Virus record (IMG/VR): IMGVR_UViG_3300034351_000038
Span: 1 to 58,149 of that record
From: a virus
Lineage: Duplodnaviria > Caudoviricetes
Direction: 5' to 3' (one strand)
Length of the DNA: 58,149 nt
In this document: positions 36,470-46,353 of the stretch, piece after piece
Position numbering within the stretch: position 1 is the first letter of the stretch
How the letters are laid out: each line of letters begins with the position of its first letter
The notes under the pieces: generated by a model
What the model saw: the letters and a program-made list of their open reading frames with translations, nothing else
The model's database searches: none
What the model was told of the DNA's origin: nothing
Translations under genes and position numbers: made by a program

Positions 36470-38001
36470 TTTAGTCTCCTCATTATTGGTGACAACTCAC
36501 CTTTTACGATGCTATGCAAACAACATTTTCCATTGTCATATATTATTCCATTTGTTTTCATTGTGGAATCATATCCCTTTACATATGGTGGTGTTGACAT
36601 CGCCCCAACCTGATAGCATCCCTTCTCTATTCCTCCAGCGTGGTCATGTCCACACATAACCTTGTGCCCAGTCCTAGCAAAGGATTTAAGGCTTCCTCTG
36701 GCCCCTCTACCACCTCTGTGACCGTGTTGAGAGCAGTCTATGCCAGCCACCGAGAAGTAATCGTTGTAGTCAACGAACGTCAATTCGTTACTGCAGTATT
36801 TTTGCAAAAACAACCTATACAAATGACCATCACCACCCACAAGAAAGTCACCCCTTGCCATTTCACCGAGTTCGAAATAAAGATCAAGGTTTACCACATC
36901 GTTCTTTGGGTTGAATCTATTGAACCATTGATCTAAATGCTCGTGATGATTTGACCTAATCACTACTGCATTTTTCTTATCTTTCAAAAAATCAACAGAC
37001 AACATTAATTCGTCGCGAATTGAAAACTCACAATCAGTGTTCTTCCACAAATGAAACAATACATCATCTTTATGGTGATGTGATCCAATATGGTGATCGT
37101 GTACATCATTAAAAATTTGATATCTTGGGTTAAACACATCCGCGAGATATCTCATCTTTTCATGTATGTTTTTATCCAAAAATCTTACATGGATGTCTCC
37201 ATACATAAGTCCTGCAACACCATCAATCTTTGTGATCGTGTCTGGGGTGTAGTATTTGTCGAATAAATACGCTCCGGTACCATCGAAGTGAATTTGAGTT
37301 ACCCAAAACTTATCACCTTCCACTTCCACAAACAACGCGGAGATCGAGTGGTGCCTAGATGCTTTGGTTGCCTGCCTTGACATACCATAGTTTTGCTTAC
37401 TGATTGTTCCAGTAGTATGCAACATCTTTGGAAGAAACTCATAGGCAGTAGGCACAAACTTCAAAGCTACCTGCTGATGGCCATATATCTCTGATTGTAT
37501 GCGACCATTGTTATCAAGGCCATTCAACGGGCTTACGCTTGTGTACGGAATTCTCGATGCATCTCCACCACGAACTATTATTGATTCGTTCAAAGAAATG
37601 TCTGTATTACATATATATTTATATATCTCCACAGGCCAACTATAACCAGAAGATACACCCATATGAAACAAATCTGGGTTTTTATACACCGTTGGTATAA
37701 TAGCCAAAGATGCATCGAGATCACCCTTGATGTTTTCAAATGTCATAAGTGCGTCCATTACTACATCAGTGTCGTTTACAGCAGATGTGATTATGAATCT
37801 ATCCTTACTCAATATCTTATCTACTTTTGCCTTTGGCAAAAGACTTGGTTTTTCCTTAAGCGGTCTCGTTGTTCTAAAATTACACAATGGGCAACGATAT
37901 CTTCTCTTACCACTCTCTGCATATGTATCCCAATTATTCATTCCCTTATTACCACACTTTGGACAATATAGATTTTCATCTAATTTTTTTGACTCTGTCA
38001 T
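36466..38001 (-). CDS. T5 A1-like metallophosphoesterase/nuclease with N-terminal Zn finger
   Basis: CPKC..CPLC; FIITSA.N.T; GDIH, SNHH, HGH.G..G.RGS, GH.H motifs. Confidence 0.7.
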   Translation of the reverse strand: MTESKKLDENLYCPKCGNKGMNNWDTYAESGKRRYRCPLCNFRTTRPLKEKPSLLPKAKVDKILSKDRFIITSAVNDTDVVMDALMTFENIKGDLDASLAIIPTVYKNPDLFHMGVSSGYSWPVEIYKYICNTDISLNESIIVRGGDASRIPYTSVSPLNGLDNNGRIQSEIYGHQQVALKFVPTAYEFLPKMLHTTGTISKQNYGMSRQATKASRHHSISALFVEVEGDKFWVTQIHFDGTGAYLFDKYYTPDTITKIDGVAGLMYGDIHVRFLDKNIHEKMRYLADVFNPRYQIFNDVHDHHIGSHHHKDDVLFHLWKNTDCEFSIRDELMLSVDFLKDKKNAVVIRSNHHEHLDQWFNRFNPKNDVVNLDLYFELGEMARGDFLVGGDGHLYRLFLQKYCSNELTFVDYNDYFSVAGIDCSQHGHRGGRGARGSLKSFARTGHKVMCGHDHAGGIEKGCYQVGAMSTPPYVKGYDSTMKTNGIIYDNGKCCLHSIVKGELSPIMRRLK

Positions 38002-38363
38002 TTTATCTGCTCCGCGTGTGTGCCATCATCTACACTTAGGAAATGATAATTAGGATGATTTTTTGTCAGAAAAATAGCCATAGCAAAAGTAGCAATATCG
38101 CGCAGACATTCACCGTTGCCAGTTTTTCGAAATATCTTAGTTCGTCTTATGATCTCCTTTGCTTGATCATAATTCCATTTGTTTTCTGTTTGGAGTCCGT
38201 ATCTAAACCTGGCCATAATACTAGCGTTGCGCATTAACTCAAAAAATTCCTCTGAATACATAGCCTCACATATGTAATCAAAATCTTCTTTCTTATCCCC
38301 AACTGGGGTTACCAATACGTTTGACAAAAGGTGATCTCTGATATGTTCGGTAACGCTTTTCAT
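37998..38363 (-). CDS. hypothetical protein
   Basis: GAGG SD; M.N...M..FRYG...GN.E.L.DIA pattern. Confidence 0.65.
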   Translation of the reverse strand: MKSVTEHIRDHLLSNVLVTPVGDKKEDFDYICEAMYSEEFFELMRNASIMARFRYGLQTENKWNYDQAKEIIRRTKIFRKTGNGECLRDIATFAMAIFLTKNHPNYHFLSVDDGTHAEQIK

Positions 38364-38381
38364 GTTGTATTCCTCTTAGCC

Positions 38382-40178
38382 TTAATCACATTCTTTGCGG
38401 CCAGTTGTTGGATCTATCCTGCACGCCTTACCTTCGTCATTAGATTCAATAATCCCCTTTTTGCTACCTGCATCCCTGTACGTAGTACAACCCTTGGCAC
38501 CACCATCCCATGCTCTAACATATATATCCTTGAAGTCTTCCCAGGTTATATCAGACGGCAGATTACACGTCTTGCTAACTGCAGAATCTACATTAGCGGC
38601 AGCAGTAAACAATACTTTAAGATGTTCATCCACTGTGACATCAGCGCATCTTTTGCCATTGACACCAAGAAACGCATGACCGTAGTCAACTTGATCCACG
38701 ATTCTTGGGCCATTAAAATCAATGATCTGCCTCTTTGTGTTATACGCAAAAACAGGCTCGATGCCAGATGATACGTTATCTGCGCACATCGAAATAGTTC
38801 CGGTTGGGGCTATGGATGTTAGATGTGAATTTCTGATCCCATATTTTGCTATTAGATCCACTGTATCTTCATCAAGTGTTTTAATAAACTTAGACTCAAG
38901 ATATTTATCCTTGTCAAACAGCTTGAATACACCCTTCTTTCTTGCTACCTCTACACTTGTCTTATAAGCTACATTTTTTAGGTGAGATAGGATATGATTC
39001 TCAAAACGACAAAAATTATCTGATCCGTATTCAAATCCAAGAGCTTCACCAGTGTTAGCTAAGCCTGTAACACCAATCCCCATCCTACGCTTTGTATAAG
39101 CCTCTACCCTTTGCTCTTCCAAAGGGAACCTAGACTTCTCTGGTACATTGTCCATTGCCATAACTACTACCCTTACATCATCATCAAATTGATCATAGTC
39201 AAATGAATATCTTCCGAATGTGTCCCTGTACAAATATCTTGTCAAGTTAAAAGAGCCAAGGAGACATGCACCATAAGGAGGAAGAGGTTGTTCCCCACAT
39301 GGGTTTGTTGCGACTATAGTTTCGCAATAATGAAGATTGTTCATCTCATTTATTCTATCAACGAAAAGAACCCCAGGATCGTCCCAGTCCCAAGTGCTAC
39401 GCATAAGCTCATCCCACAACCAGCGGGGATCAACTTCCCTATATATCTTGCCATTGAATTTTAATGGAAATGGCTTATCGTTAATCAAACATTTCATGAA
39501 CCTATCGGTTATTGCTACAGAAATATTGAACGCACTCAAAGCAAGAGTTGATTGCAGAGCAACCTTCATATCATTCTTTCTATCACATTCCTCAAGATCT
39601 TCTACCATATCCCATACATCTTGCATTCCTTGAGATGGATGTTTCGATCTAATGAACTCTTCGATATCTGGATGATCGATCCTGATAACACCCATCTGAG
39701 CCCCGCGTCTGTGGCCTGCTGAAGACACACGACCGCACACAGCATTATAAATATGCATAAAGCTGACTGCACCAGATGAATATGATTGCAGTTTTTTTAT
39801 CAAATCTCCACGTGGCCGAAGGGTACTAAAATCGTACCCAATTCCACCACCCATGCGCATAGTTTGTGCAGCTTGCTTGGCAACCTCCATTATTGAATTT
39901 TCTCCTTCAACAAAAGAGTCTCTGATTGTTCCAGACACAAAGCAGTTGTATGCCGTCACATTTTTTGTTGACCCAATAGCTGATTGCACCCTACCGCCAG
40001 GCATAAACCGCATATTAAGCAAGATTTCTCTTAGCGCAGAATAGTGTTCATCATCATCCTTCAGTGTGCTAGCAACACGTGTTACAACCTCCTCAAAAGT
40101 CTCTCCTTCCCCACAATATTTTTCTTTATATAGCCGTTTAGCAAATGTCGTTTGAGGTCCGATGATATTTTTATTCAA
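38382..40178 (-). CDS. nrdJ: class II (B12-dependent) ribonucleotide reductase
   Basis: NCFV, GGG.GYDFS.LRP, TNPCGEQPL..C.LGS.NL, APTGTIS, KGCT.YR; no nrdB partner seen. Confidence 0.85.
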   Translation of the reverse strand: MNKNIIGPQTTFAKRLYKEKYCGEGETFEEVVTRVASTLKDDDEHYSALREILLNMRFMPGGRVQSAIGSTKNVTAYNCFVSGTIRDSFVEGENSIMEVAKQAAQTMRMGGGIGYDFSTLRPRGDLIKKLQSYSSGAVSFMHIYNAVCGRVSSAGHRRGAQMGVIRIDHPDIEEFIRSKHPSQGMQDVWDMVEDLEECDRKNDMKVALQSTLALSAFNISVAITDRFMKCLINDKPFPLKFNGKIYREVDPRWLWDELMRSTWDWDDPGVLFVDRINEMNNLHYCETIVATNPCGEQPLPPYGACLLGSFNLTRYLYRDTFGRYSFDYDQFDDDVRVVVMAMDNVPEKSRFPLEEQRVEAYTKRRMGIGVTGLANTGEALGFEYGSDNFCRFENHILSHLKNVAYKTSVEVARKKGVFKLFDKDKYLESKFIKTLDEDTVDLIAKYGIRNSHLTSIAPTGTISMCADNVSSGIEPVFAYNTKRQIIDFNGPRIVDQVDYGHAFLGVNGKRCADVTVDEHLKVLFTAAANVDSAVSKTCNLPSDITWEDFKDIYVRAWDGGAKGCTTYRDAGSKKGIIESNDEGKACRIDPTTGRKECD

Positions 40179-40202
40179 ATTGTTACCCTCTATTTTTATG
40201 TT

Positions 40203-40571
40203 TTACGTCTCCTTCAGTGGAAAAGGAGTTTTGTGGGTTGGCGCTTTCCTATTGACAACCCTACGGACGATATTTTCTGGTGTCAAAGGTTGAAGATTCC
40301 TTCCAACCTCAGAGTTTCTAAAGAGATAATAAGCAAATCGTGTATAACCAAGAGTTTCAAGAGCGCGTTTCGCGATACACCACGTTCTTTCATTGACTAA
40401 TGAAGCATAGTTTCCCCAACCATAATAGGTTTCTCTTTCGTCAAGATATTTATTATCAAGTGTAAAAAACTCCCAATTGCCACTTTTACCTTTTGAGATT
40501 TTGGTGACAAGCCTCCTAGCACACTTAATTGCGAATCTAATTTCTTTTTCAGAGAAAGCTTTGGTACTCAT
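40203..40571 (-). CDS. hypothetical protein
   Basis: AGGAG SD. Confidence 0.6.
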   Translation of the reverse strand: MSTKAFSEKEIRFAIKCARRLVTKISKGKSGNWEFFTLDNKYLDERETYYGWGNYASLVNERTWCIAKRALETLGYTRFAYYLFRNSEVGRNLQPLTPENIVRRVVNRKAPTHKTPFPLKET

Positions 40572-40806
40572 AATTTAAACTCCTAAGATAGTTTTCAGCT
40601 GCCTTATACATACAATCGATTAAGTCATCGCTAACAAAATCAATTATATTGACATTTTTGTAGGCTACCTCCCTCAAATATATCTCTTCACAACTACCCG
40701 GTGAAAATGCGCCTTCTACTACACACGGCGCTTCAGCCGGTTCATATTCAAAAACAACCTCAAGCTGTTTGTCACAATAAAGTGTATTGAACCTATATTG
40801 TATCAT
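40549..40806 (-). CDS. hypothetical protein
   Basis: GGAG SD; ATGA overlap. Confidence 0.6.
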   Translation of the reverse strand: MIQYRFNTLYCDKQLEVVFEYEPAEAPCVVEGAFSPGSCEEIYLREVAYKNVNIIDFVSDDLIDCMYKAAENYLRSLNYEYQSFL

Positions 40807-41225
40807 GATAACAACTCCCGTAGTTTAGCTGTTTGACGCTCAGCTTCCCATTTATCTCCGGCGTACCATCTGGTAGCTCTGGCTGCCCGATTGGCCCAGT
40901 CAGCAGCCTCGGAGATTCTATCTGAGTATGGGGTGTGATCATCTGCTAATTCTGAAGCCCTCTCAGCGGCCTCAGTGACCTCATCTACTGGTCCACCTGT
41001 CAGTATAGCTGCTCGTTCAGCGCACCAATGAGCGAACTCTGCAGCAACCCTAGGACATGCTCGCAGGCACCAGATAGTATCATGCAGCCCACGAATATCC
41101 AGGATTGTAACCAACGGAAAAGGATCATTGTCAATCTTGCGCCTACGGAGATGATCAAAAATCTCATCCCATGGCCTTCCATATGGGAAGAAGGTGTGTA
41201 TCTCTTTAAGGGTTGTGTATATCAT
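40803..41225 (-). CDS. hypothetical phage protein, Ala-rich helical C-terminus
   Basis: AGGA SD; TTL..I....P, ILD..G..D..W.L, FA..CA motifs. Confidence 0.65.
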   Translation of the reverse strand: MIYTTLKEIHTFFPYGRPWDEIFDHLRRRKIDNDPFPLVTILDIRGLHDTIWCLRACPRVAAEFAHWCAERAAILTGGPVDEVTEAAERASELADDHTPYSDRISEAADWANRAARATRWYAGDKWEAERQTAKLRELLS

Positions 41226-41359
41226 ACTGTTTTTCCTAAGAAAGAGGTTAAGGTGCCGGTCTTTCCCGGCTGTCAGCCACCGCAACCATTAGGGATATGT
41301 TATGTCCATCTAATTTGGACCTTTATTTCCTAGGTGCTTTCTCATGGCGAACTCGATAA

Positions 41360-41436
41360 TGGTCGGGACGGGAGGATTCGAACCTCCGACAACCAACTCC
41401 CAAGGCTGGGGCTCTACCAGGCTGAGCTACGTCCCG
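41360..41436 (-). tRNA. tRNA-Pro (anticodon TGG)
   Basis: Reverse complement CGGGACG-TAGCTCAGCCTGGTAGAGC-CCCAGC-CTTGGGA-GTTGG...GGAGG-TTCGAAT-CCTCC-CGTCCCG-A-CCA forms a full cloverleaf with encoded CCA. Confidence 0.95.
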
Positions 41437-41451
41437 CGTTTTATGACTTTA

Positions 41452-41480
41452 AGTATAAGCATAATCAAATAAGAATGCAA
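41452..41480 (-). promoter_or_regulatory. sigma70-like promoter (tRNA and replication block)
   Basis: TTGCAT-17-TATACT on the minus strand. Confidence 0.75.
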
Positions 41481-41482
41481 GA

Positions 41483-41511
41483 TTGCATTGCCACCAACAT
41501 GCATATATACT
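41483..41511 (+). promoter_or_regulatory. sigma70-like promoter (primase block)
   Basis: TTGCAT-17-TATACT on the plus strand. Confidence 0.75.
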
Positions 41512-41631
41512 TCTATATTAGGTGGTTATGATGTTTTATCGTAAAAACCACTATGCCAAATAGGAAGGTGGCCAGCCACCATCATATGGATGCAGGATTA
41601 GGAAACAACTCAATTTAAATAAGGTACCAAC

Positions 41632-41802
41632 ATGTGTGAACCAGTTGTAAGATGTCCTTTGTGTGGGAATATTATTCATAATGCAAAACCTGGAGAAGCC
41701 GAAGAATGTGATTATTGCCATGATGAATTTTATGAAGAAGAGCGCAACACAAAAAGGACGTTCAAAAAGACACTGAGAAAGATGAACAAACCAAAAGATT
41801 AG
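41632..41802 (+). CDS. 56-aa Zn-ribbon protein, not in ORF track
   Basis: MCEPVVRCPLCG...CDYC; AAGG SD. Confidence 0.6.
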   Translation: MCEPVVRCPLCGNIIHNAKPGEAEECDYCHDEFYEEERNTKRTFKKTLRKMNKPKD

Positions 41803-41815
41803 CAGGATAATAAAA

Positions 41816-44134
41816 ATGTCTATCAAGACAACCAATTTCGTTGGAAATCAATATAACGTCGATAATGGCGTTGTTCGTGAATACTCTTTTATTCAGTTGG
41901 CAAAGCAATTTAGTAAACCAATACAAGGCGAAAAGCATATTGGTTATTTTGTACGTGGTGAGTTAGTCCCTCTACACAGAGATAATGGGAATCTCTCTTA
42001 CAGTGAACTACTTATCATTGACGGAGACAGCTCGCTAGACAACCCTCATAGTGCCCCCAAGGCGGAAGATGTTCATAATGCGCTGACAAAAATGAACATC
42101 CGTCATTTCCTTTATACATCTCATAGCCATAGCCCAAAAGAAAACATTCACAAATATCGTGTTGTGATACATTGTGTGTTGCCCGAAGAAAAGTATTTGA
42201 AACCGACGGCAATGAAAATCATTTATGATCTAAACAATGCTGGGGTGCCGATAAAATATGTGAAGGAAATGGGAACATGGACGCAGCCGTGGTTTATTCC
42301 TAGTAGAGATGACATAAATGATGGTGCATTCGAGTTTTATTACAATGGAGATGAATGTTACGAAGACGGCCGCAAGACAAAAATGTACGAGGCCGTAAGG
42401 GAAGTTGATATACCAGAGGAAGTGGAGTGTAATGGCGTCAAGTACGACACTCAATTTGACAGCAGTGCTTGGGATGGCAAAATCCTTAAGATGTATGAGG
42501 CTGGCTCTTTTCACAATGAAGTTAGGGATATCCTATACGGGTTTCTGAAAGACGGCGTAGCTGCGCCTATGGCTTTCAAACTGGTAAAGGGGATATTAGA
42601 CGCTGTCCCAGAGAGTAAGAAAAATGAGTCATGGCACAGAGAAACAAAGGACAACTACGCAGAGGTCAGACGTTCATTAGAGGGTGTACTGCAGAAGTTT
42701 GATATTGGTTCTGAAAACTCCGAGATTGGAGAACTAGCAAACCCGTTGCCAAGTGAGCATGTAGATGATATAGACTGGCCTCCTGGGCTCATGGGTGAGT
42801 TAGCTCAAAGCGTCCATGAATACAGCTATCATCAGTATAAGATCGTTAGTATCATCACGGCACTTGCTTTGGTGGCTGGCATAGCAGGAAGAAAATTCAA
42901 TGTGTCTGGAACTGGTTTGAATCTTTACATAACTCTGTTAATGAGAATGGGTGCAGGTAAGAATGTCATTCAAGAATACATCAGCCAGTTTCTAAGTAGA
43001 GATATTTTAAGCATGAACAGGAATTTTCTCGGGCCAAAAAGATTTACATCGCCCAAGGCAATATTGGATACCCTGGCAATGTCTCCAAGTATTGTAAGTG
43101 TGCAAACCGAGGCTGGATTGATGTTTAAGTCTTCCGCTGGTGATCAGCATGGCATTTTGCGCGCTATGCTTGATCTATATAGCAGCTCTGGGAAAAATCA
43201 GTACAGCGGCGCTGAGGCATATAGTTCAAAAGATGCTAGCATACAGGCATTAAGGGCCCCAGCCTTGACCATCGTGAATGAGGCTACACCAAAAACATTC
43301 GAAGATGAACTCGTCAATCGCGGGAGTGTGGAGAGTGGCGAATTGGCCAGGATGCACATTTTCAAATATGATGTCCCGAAGCCATACCGGAACCCGAATG
43401 GTGGCAAGATGGTATTGAGCAAGAGGCTTGATTCTCATATGAACAAACTGATGTCGCACTGCAACAATCAGAAGGCATCTGGAGAGGGAAGTGATCCTAG
43501 GGCGATGGATATCCCATTCCCAGTCGATCTATTTGATGCCTTTAGCCGTGCGTGCGTAGACTGTGAAAACAAATTTGTCAATGAAGACTCGTTAAAATTG
43601 GCCATGATCACCCGGGCCCCCATAAAAGTGTTGAAGGTAGCTGGTCTGCTCGCTGTCATGGACAATCAAGTTATCACAGATGAGCACTGGGCATGGGCAC
43701 TTAAGTTGTTTCACTATGAGTTCTCTATGATGCAAGCTCTAGTCGGTGTGACAAGAAGCTCTGCTAACGAATTAGATTCTGCAATAGACAACACAATGAT
43801 CCCATGTATCGTGAAGTTGCTCAACAACGAATATGATTCGTCCATAAGGAGAGTTAATGAGAATCTAAGGAAACTTGGGATCTTCACGATGAGCGCAATC
43901 AACAATATTGTCAAGGCCAAAAAGGATATCTCAGATCTCTCCACCAGCGGAAAGAGTGGTGTGGTAAGATGCCTTGATCATATGGTTATGTTGGGTTATT
44001 TGGAAAGGGTTTCGAAGGAAAGGATGCAACAGATTTCCTTGAAAAACAAAGATTATAGCGCTGGTTATGAAATCACAAGGAACTTTGCTATTTATTGGAA
44101 GAACATAAACACTAGGAAAACTTTAAAAATATAG
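41816..44134 (+). CDS. primase-helicase (primase-like N-terminus, DUF3987-like P-loop domain)
   Basis: IDGD, YTSHSH, YRVVI primase-type motifs; PPGLMGE, G.GK helicase region. Confidence 0.75.
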   Translation: MSIKTTNFVGNQYNVDNGVVREYSFIQLAKQFSKPIQGEKHIGYFVRGELVPLHRDNGNLSYSELLIIDGDSSLDNPHSAPKAEDVHNALTKMNIRHFLYTSHSHSPKENIHKYRVVIHCVLPEEKYLKPTAMKIIYDLNNAGVPIKYVKEMGTWTQPWFIPSRDDINDGAFEFYYNGDECYEDGRKTKMYEAVREVDIPEEVECNGVKYDTQFDSSAWDGKILKMYEAGSFHNEVRDILYGFLKDGVAAPMAFKLVKGILDAVPESKKNESWHRETKDNYAEVRRSLEGVLQKFDIGSENSEIGELANPLPSEHVDDIDWPPGLMGELAQSVHEYSYHQYKIVSIITALALVAGIAGRKFNVSGTGLNLYITLLMRMGAGKNVIQEYISQFLSRDILSMNRNFLGPKRFTSPKAILDTLAMSPSIVSVQTEAGLMFKSSAGDQHGILRAMLDLYSSSGKNQYSGAEAYSSKDASIQALRAPALTIVNEATPKTFEDELVNRGSVESGELARMHIFKYDVPKPYRNPNGGKMVLSKRLDSHMNKLMSHCNNQKASGEGSDPRAMDIPFPVDLFDAFSRACVDCENKFVNEDSLKLAMITRAPIKVLKVAGLLAVMDNQVITDEHWAWALKLFHYEFSMMQALVGVTRSSANELDSAIDNTMIPCIVKLLNNEYDSSIRRVNENLRKLGIFTMSAINNIVKAKKDISDLSTSGKSGVVRCLDHMVMLGYLERVSKERMQQISLKNKDYSAGYEITRNFAIYWKNINTRKTLKI

Positions 44135-44208
44135 CTATACTACTATATAACGACACTTTTTTGTCGAAGTCACTCCTCTTAGGATAAATTCAATTTATAG
44201 GTGATATT

Positions 44209-44829
44209 ATGAAAGCATGGTGGTTTGAGCCAGCAGATGGCAAACTTGCCTATGGTGATGGTCGCACTCCTGCAGTTGGTGTCATGCACACTGCTGATCT
44301 AAACAGTGAAGTGAAGAGGTTTCATAATGGTATGCATGGTTGTAGTAGTGTATTAAGTGCTTTGGCATTTGCAAAATCAACAACTCTCTGGCGTGTTGAA
44401 TTGGCAGGTGAGATTTTTCAATCACCAGGTGGAGTATTAGTTGCAAGACATAGAAGATATCTATGGAAGATCGATGTTGCTGAAGTGTTAAAAAAATTTG
44501 CAAGAATGTGTGTATTAGACGATATAAACAAAGATAGTGTTGACCCCAAGGTAATTAAGTTTTTAAAGACTGGAGATGTAGATCTTGTAATCCCTACTAT
44601 GATTCACACTGTCGATTGTAATAAAAGAGACGTTTCACGAGCATTTAGTGCTGCCCTAGCATATACCATTTTGGAACTTGGTAAGGAAGAACCGGCGTAT
44701 TTAAGAAGTTTTTTTAATCGTATTAACTACTCAGCTAATATTAATTGTTTTTATCATAGTAATGATGAAAAGCAAAAAAAGCTATCAAAACGGTTAACCA
44801 GACTAGTAATGGAAGAGCACAAAAATTAG
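44209..44829 (+). CDS. hypothetical phage protein
   Basis: L.YGDGR, G.H, LWRVEL.G, FAR.C.LD motifs. Confidence 0.7.
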   Translation: MKAWWFEPADGKLAYGDGRTPAVGVMHTADLNSEVKRFHNGMHGCSSVLSALAFAKSTTLWRVELAGEIFQSPGGVLVARHRRYLWKIDVAEVLKKFARMCVLDDINKDSVDPKVIKFLKTGDVDLVIPTMIHTVDCNKRDVSRAFSAALAYTILELGKEEPAYLRSFFNRINYSANINCFYHSNDEKQKKLSKRLTRLVMEEHKN

Positions 44830-44842
44830 AGGAGATAAATAC

Positions 44843-44959
44843 ATGAACGAAGCAATCGAAGATGTAATAGAAAAAATAGGGTTTGCTGCTTTATTTATTT
44901 TTGCATTTGGTCCGTATGTAGCTTTGATATTTACTTTTATGTATCTTTTATTTCGGTGA
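44843..44959 (+). CDS. 38-aa membrane peptide
   Basis: GAGGAG SD; hydrophobic. Confidence 0.5.
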   Translation: MNEAIEDVIEKIGFAALFIFAFGPYVALIFTFMYLLFR

Positions 44960-44963
44960 AAAA

Positions 44964-45755
44964 ATGGAAATGGATAAAAACAAAACAGAAACAGACAATG
45001 GGCACGAAGGAGAGGGTGCAATTGCGCTAAGCGAAATTTTAACCATTAAGGGTAAGGAAGAAAAACAACAACCTAAAACAAAGCAACGTTCACGTTCACT
45101 TGCTGCAAAAGAGAAACAGAGATGGGCTGATATTGGCGGCAAAGAGATTTACAACAAGGGTGGTGTATATCAATTGCATTTTGATGCCACCAGTTTATTC
45201 AACTCAGTGTTAGATGGAGAACAACTAAATTCAAATGACTCAGTGTTTATTGTGACTAGGGTAAACACGCTATTCGATAGTAAGAGTGATGTCGGTAGAG
45301 TGTGTATAAGAATGGGCAAGGCAGTATTTCATCCATCAGATGATTTTTCAGTGAAATACTCAGAGTTCCCATTGATCGAGAGGTTTTTAAGGAACGCAAC
45401 CAGAACAATAGCAAAACATTCTGCAAACAAATATCTACCTTTGTTCGCCAAGAGAGTAATCGTAAAACTGATAAACGGCAGATACGCAAACATAAAACCT
45501 AAGCCAGATATGGCCAAAAACAAGTTGTTTACCTTCTCTGAATTTTTGCAAGTGATCAGAAACAACTCACAAGTGTTTCAGTTAGGCTACAGCATTTGTG
45601 ATGTGGAAGATTCCCCCGCTGTGATTAGGCGCAAGGGGGCCAAGGCGTGTTTGGATATCTTGTGCAGAGAGGGTGTAGTCAAAAAGATAGAAAAGGATGA
45701 TTTGCCAATTGCGATAAGCGCTAAGGTTTTGGATGTATATCAACTAATTAATTAA
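44964..45755 (+). CDS. protein whose C-terminal domain resembles the primase-helicase C-terminus
   Basis: IVKL.N..Y...FT.S...G...CLD....G shared pattern. Confidence 0.65.
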   Translation: MEMDKNKTETDNGHEGEGAIALSEILTIKGKEEKQQPKTKQRSRSLAAKEKQRWADIGGKEIYNKGGVYQLHFDATSLFNSVLDGEQLNSNDSVFIVTRVNTLFDSKSDVGRVCIRMGKAVFHPSDDFSVKYSEFPLIERFLRNATRTIAKHSANKYLPLFAKRVIVKLINGRYANIKPKPDMAKNKLFTFSEFLQVIRNNSQVFQLGYSICDVEDSPAVIRRKGAKACLDILCREGVVKKIEKDDLPIAISAKVLDVYQLIN

Positions 45756-45772
45756 CTCAATAGGTTTTTCTT

Positions 45773-46261
45773 ATGACAACTATCATAGCTGATGCAAAAA
45801 GCAAGATCATGATATCAGACACAAGCGCAAATGGTGGATATGGAACGTTTGCAAGCAAGAAGGTTTTTAAGGACGACAATGTTGCTGTGGGAATAGCAGG
45901 TGATGCAATTATTGGTAAACGACTTGCAGAATTTATTTTATCTTCTGATTATCTTGATGAAGAAGATCTATTAAATCTAAAAGAGTCAGCAGCTTTTGAC
46001 GAAGATAAAGGTAACGATTCAGAGGCCTTGATTCTAACAAGTGATGGAAGAATATTCTTCATGGAAAATGAATATTTTGAAAAGATTGAGGTGTTTGATG
46101 ATTATTTCGCCATTGGCAGCGGAGCAAAATTCGCCAGGGGAGCAATGCATGCTGCGTCATTGTATAATGACGACCCTGTAGCTGTTATCAAGACGGCTCT
46201 TCAGGTTGCAGCTAAACTAGACCCTTTCACTGGCTCTGAGTTCAAAATTTTTCATTTTTAG
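45773..46261 (+). CDS. HslV/proteasome-beta-like Ntn peptidase
   Basis: MTTI N-terminal Thr, SD, KVF, GIAG, AIGSG..FA.GAM, D.FTG. Confidence 0.85.
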   Translation: MTTIIADAKSKIMISDTSANGGYGTFASKKVFKDDNVAVGIAGDAIIGKRLAEFILSSDYLDEEDLLNLKESAAFDEDKGNDSEALILTSDGRIFFMENEYFEKIEVFDDYFAIGSGAKFARGAMHAASLYNDDPVAVIKTALQVAAKLDPFTGSEFKIFHF

Positions 46262-46353
46262 ATTGAGTTTTAGTAAGATGAGAAGATTTATATACTTGAC
46301 TCTTCTTATGACAGTAGTCATTTATGTATTGCTACAAAGTGTATTAAACCTTA

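Noticed and set aside
41360-41436. tRNA as attP site or evidence of a prophage
   Set aside because: Complete tRNA with its own promoter; no integrase, no duplicated 3' fragment and no flanking host genes.
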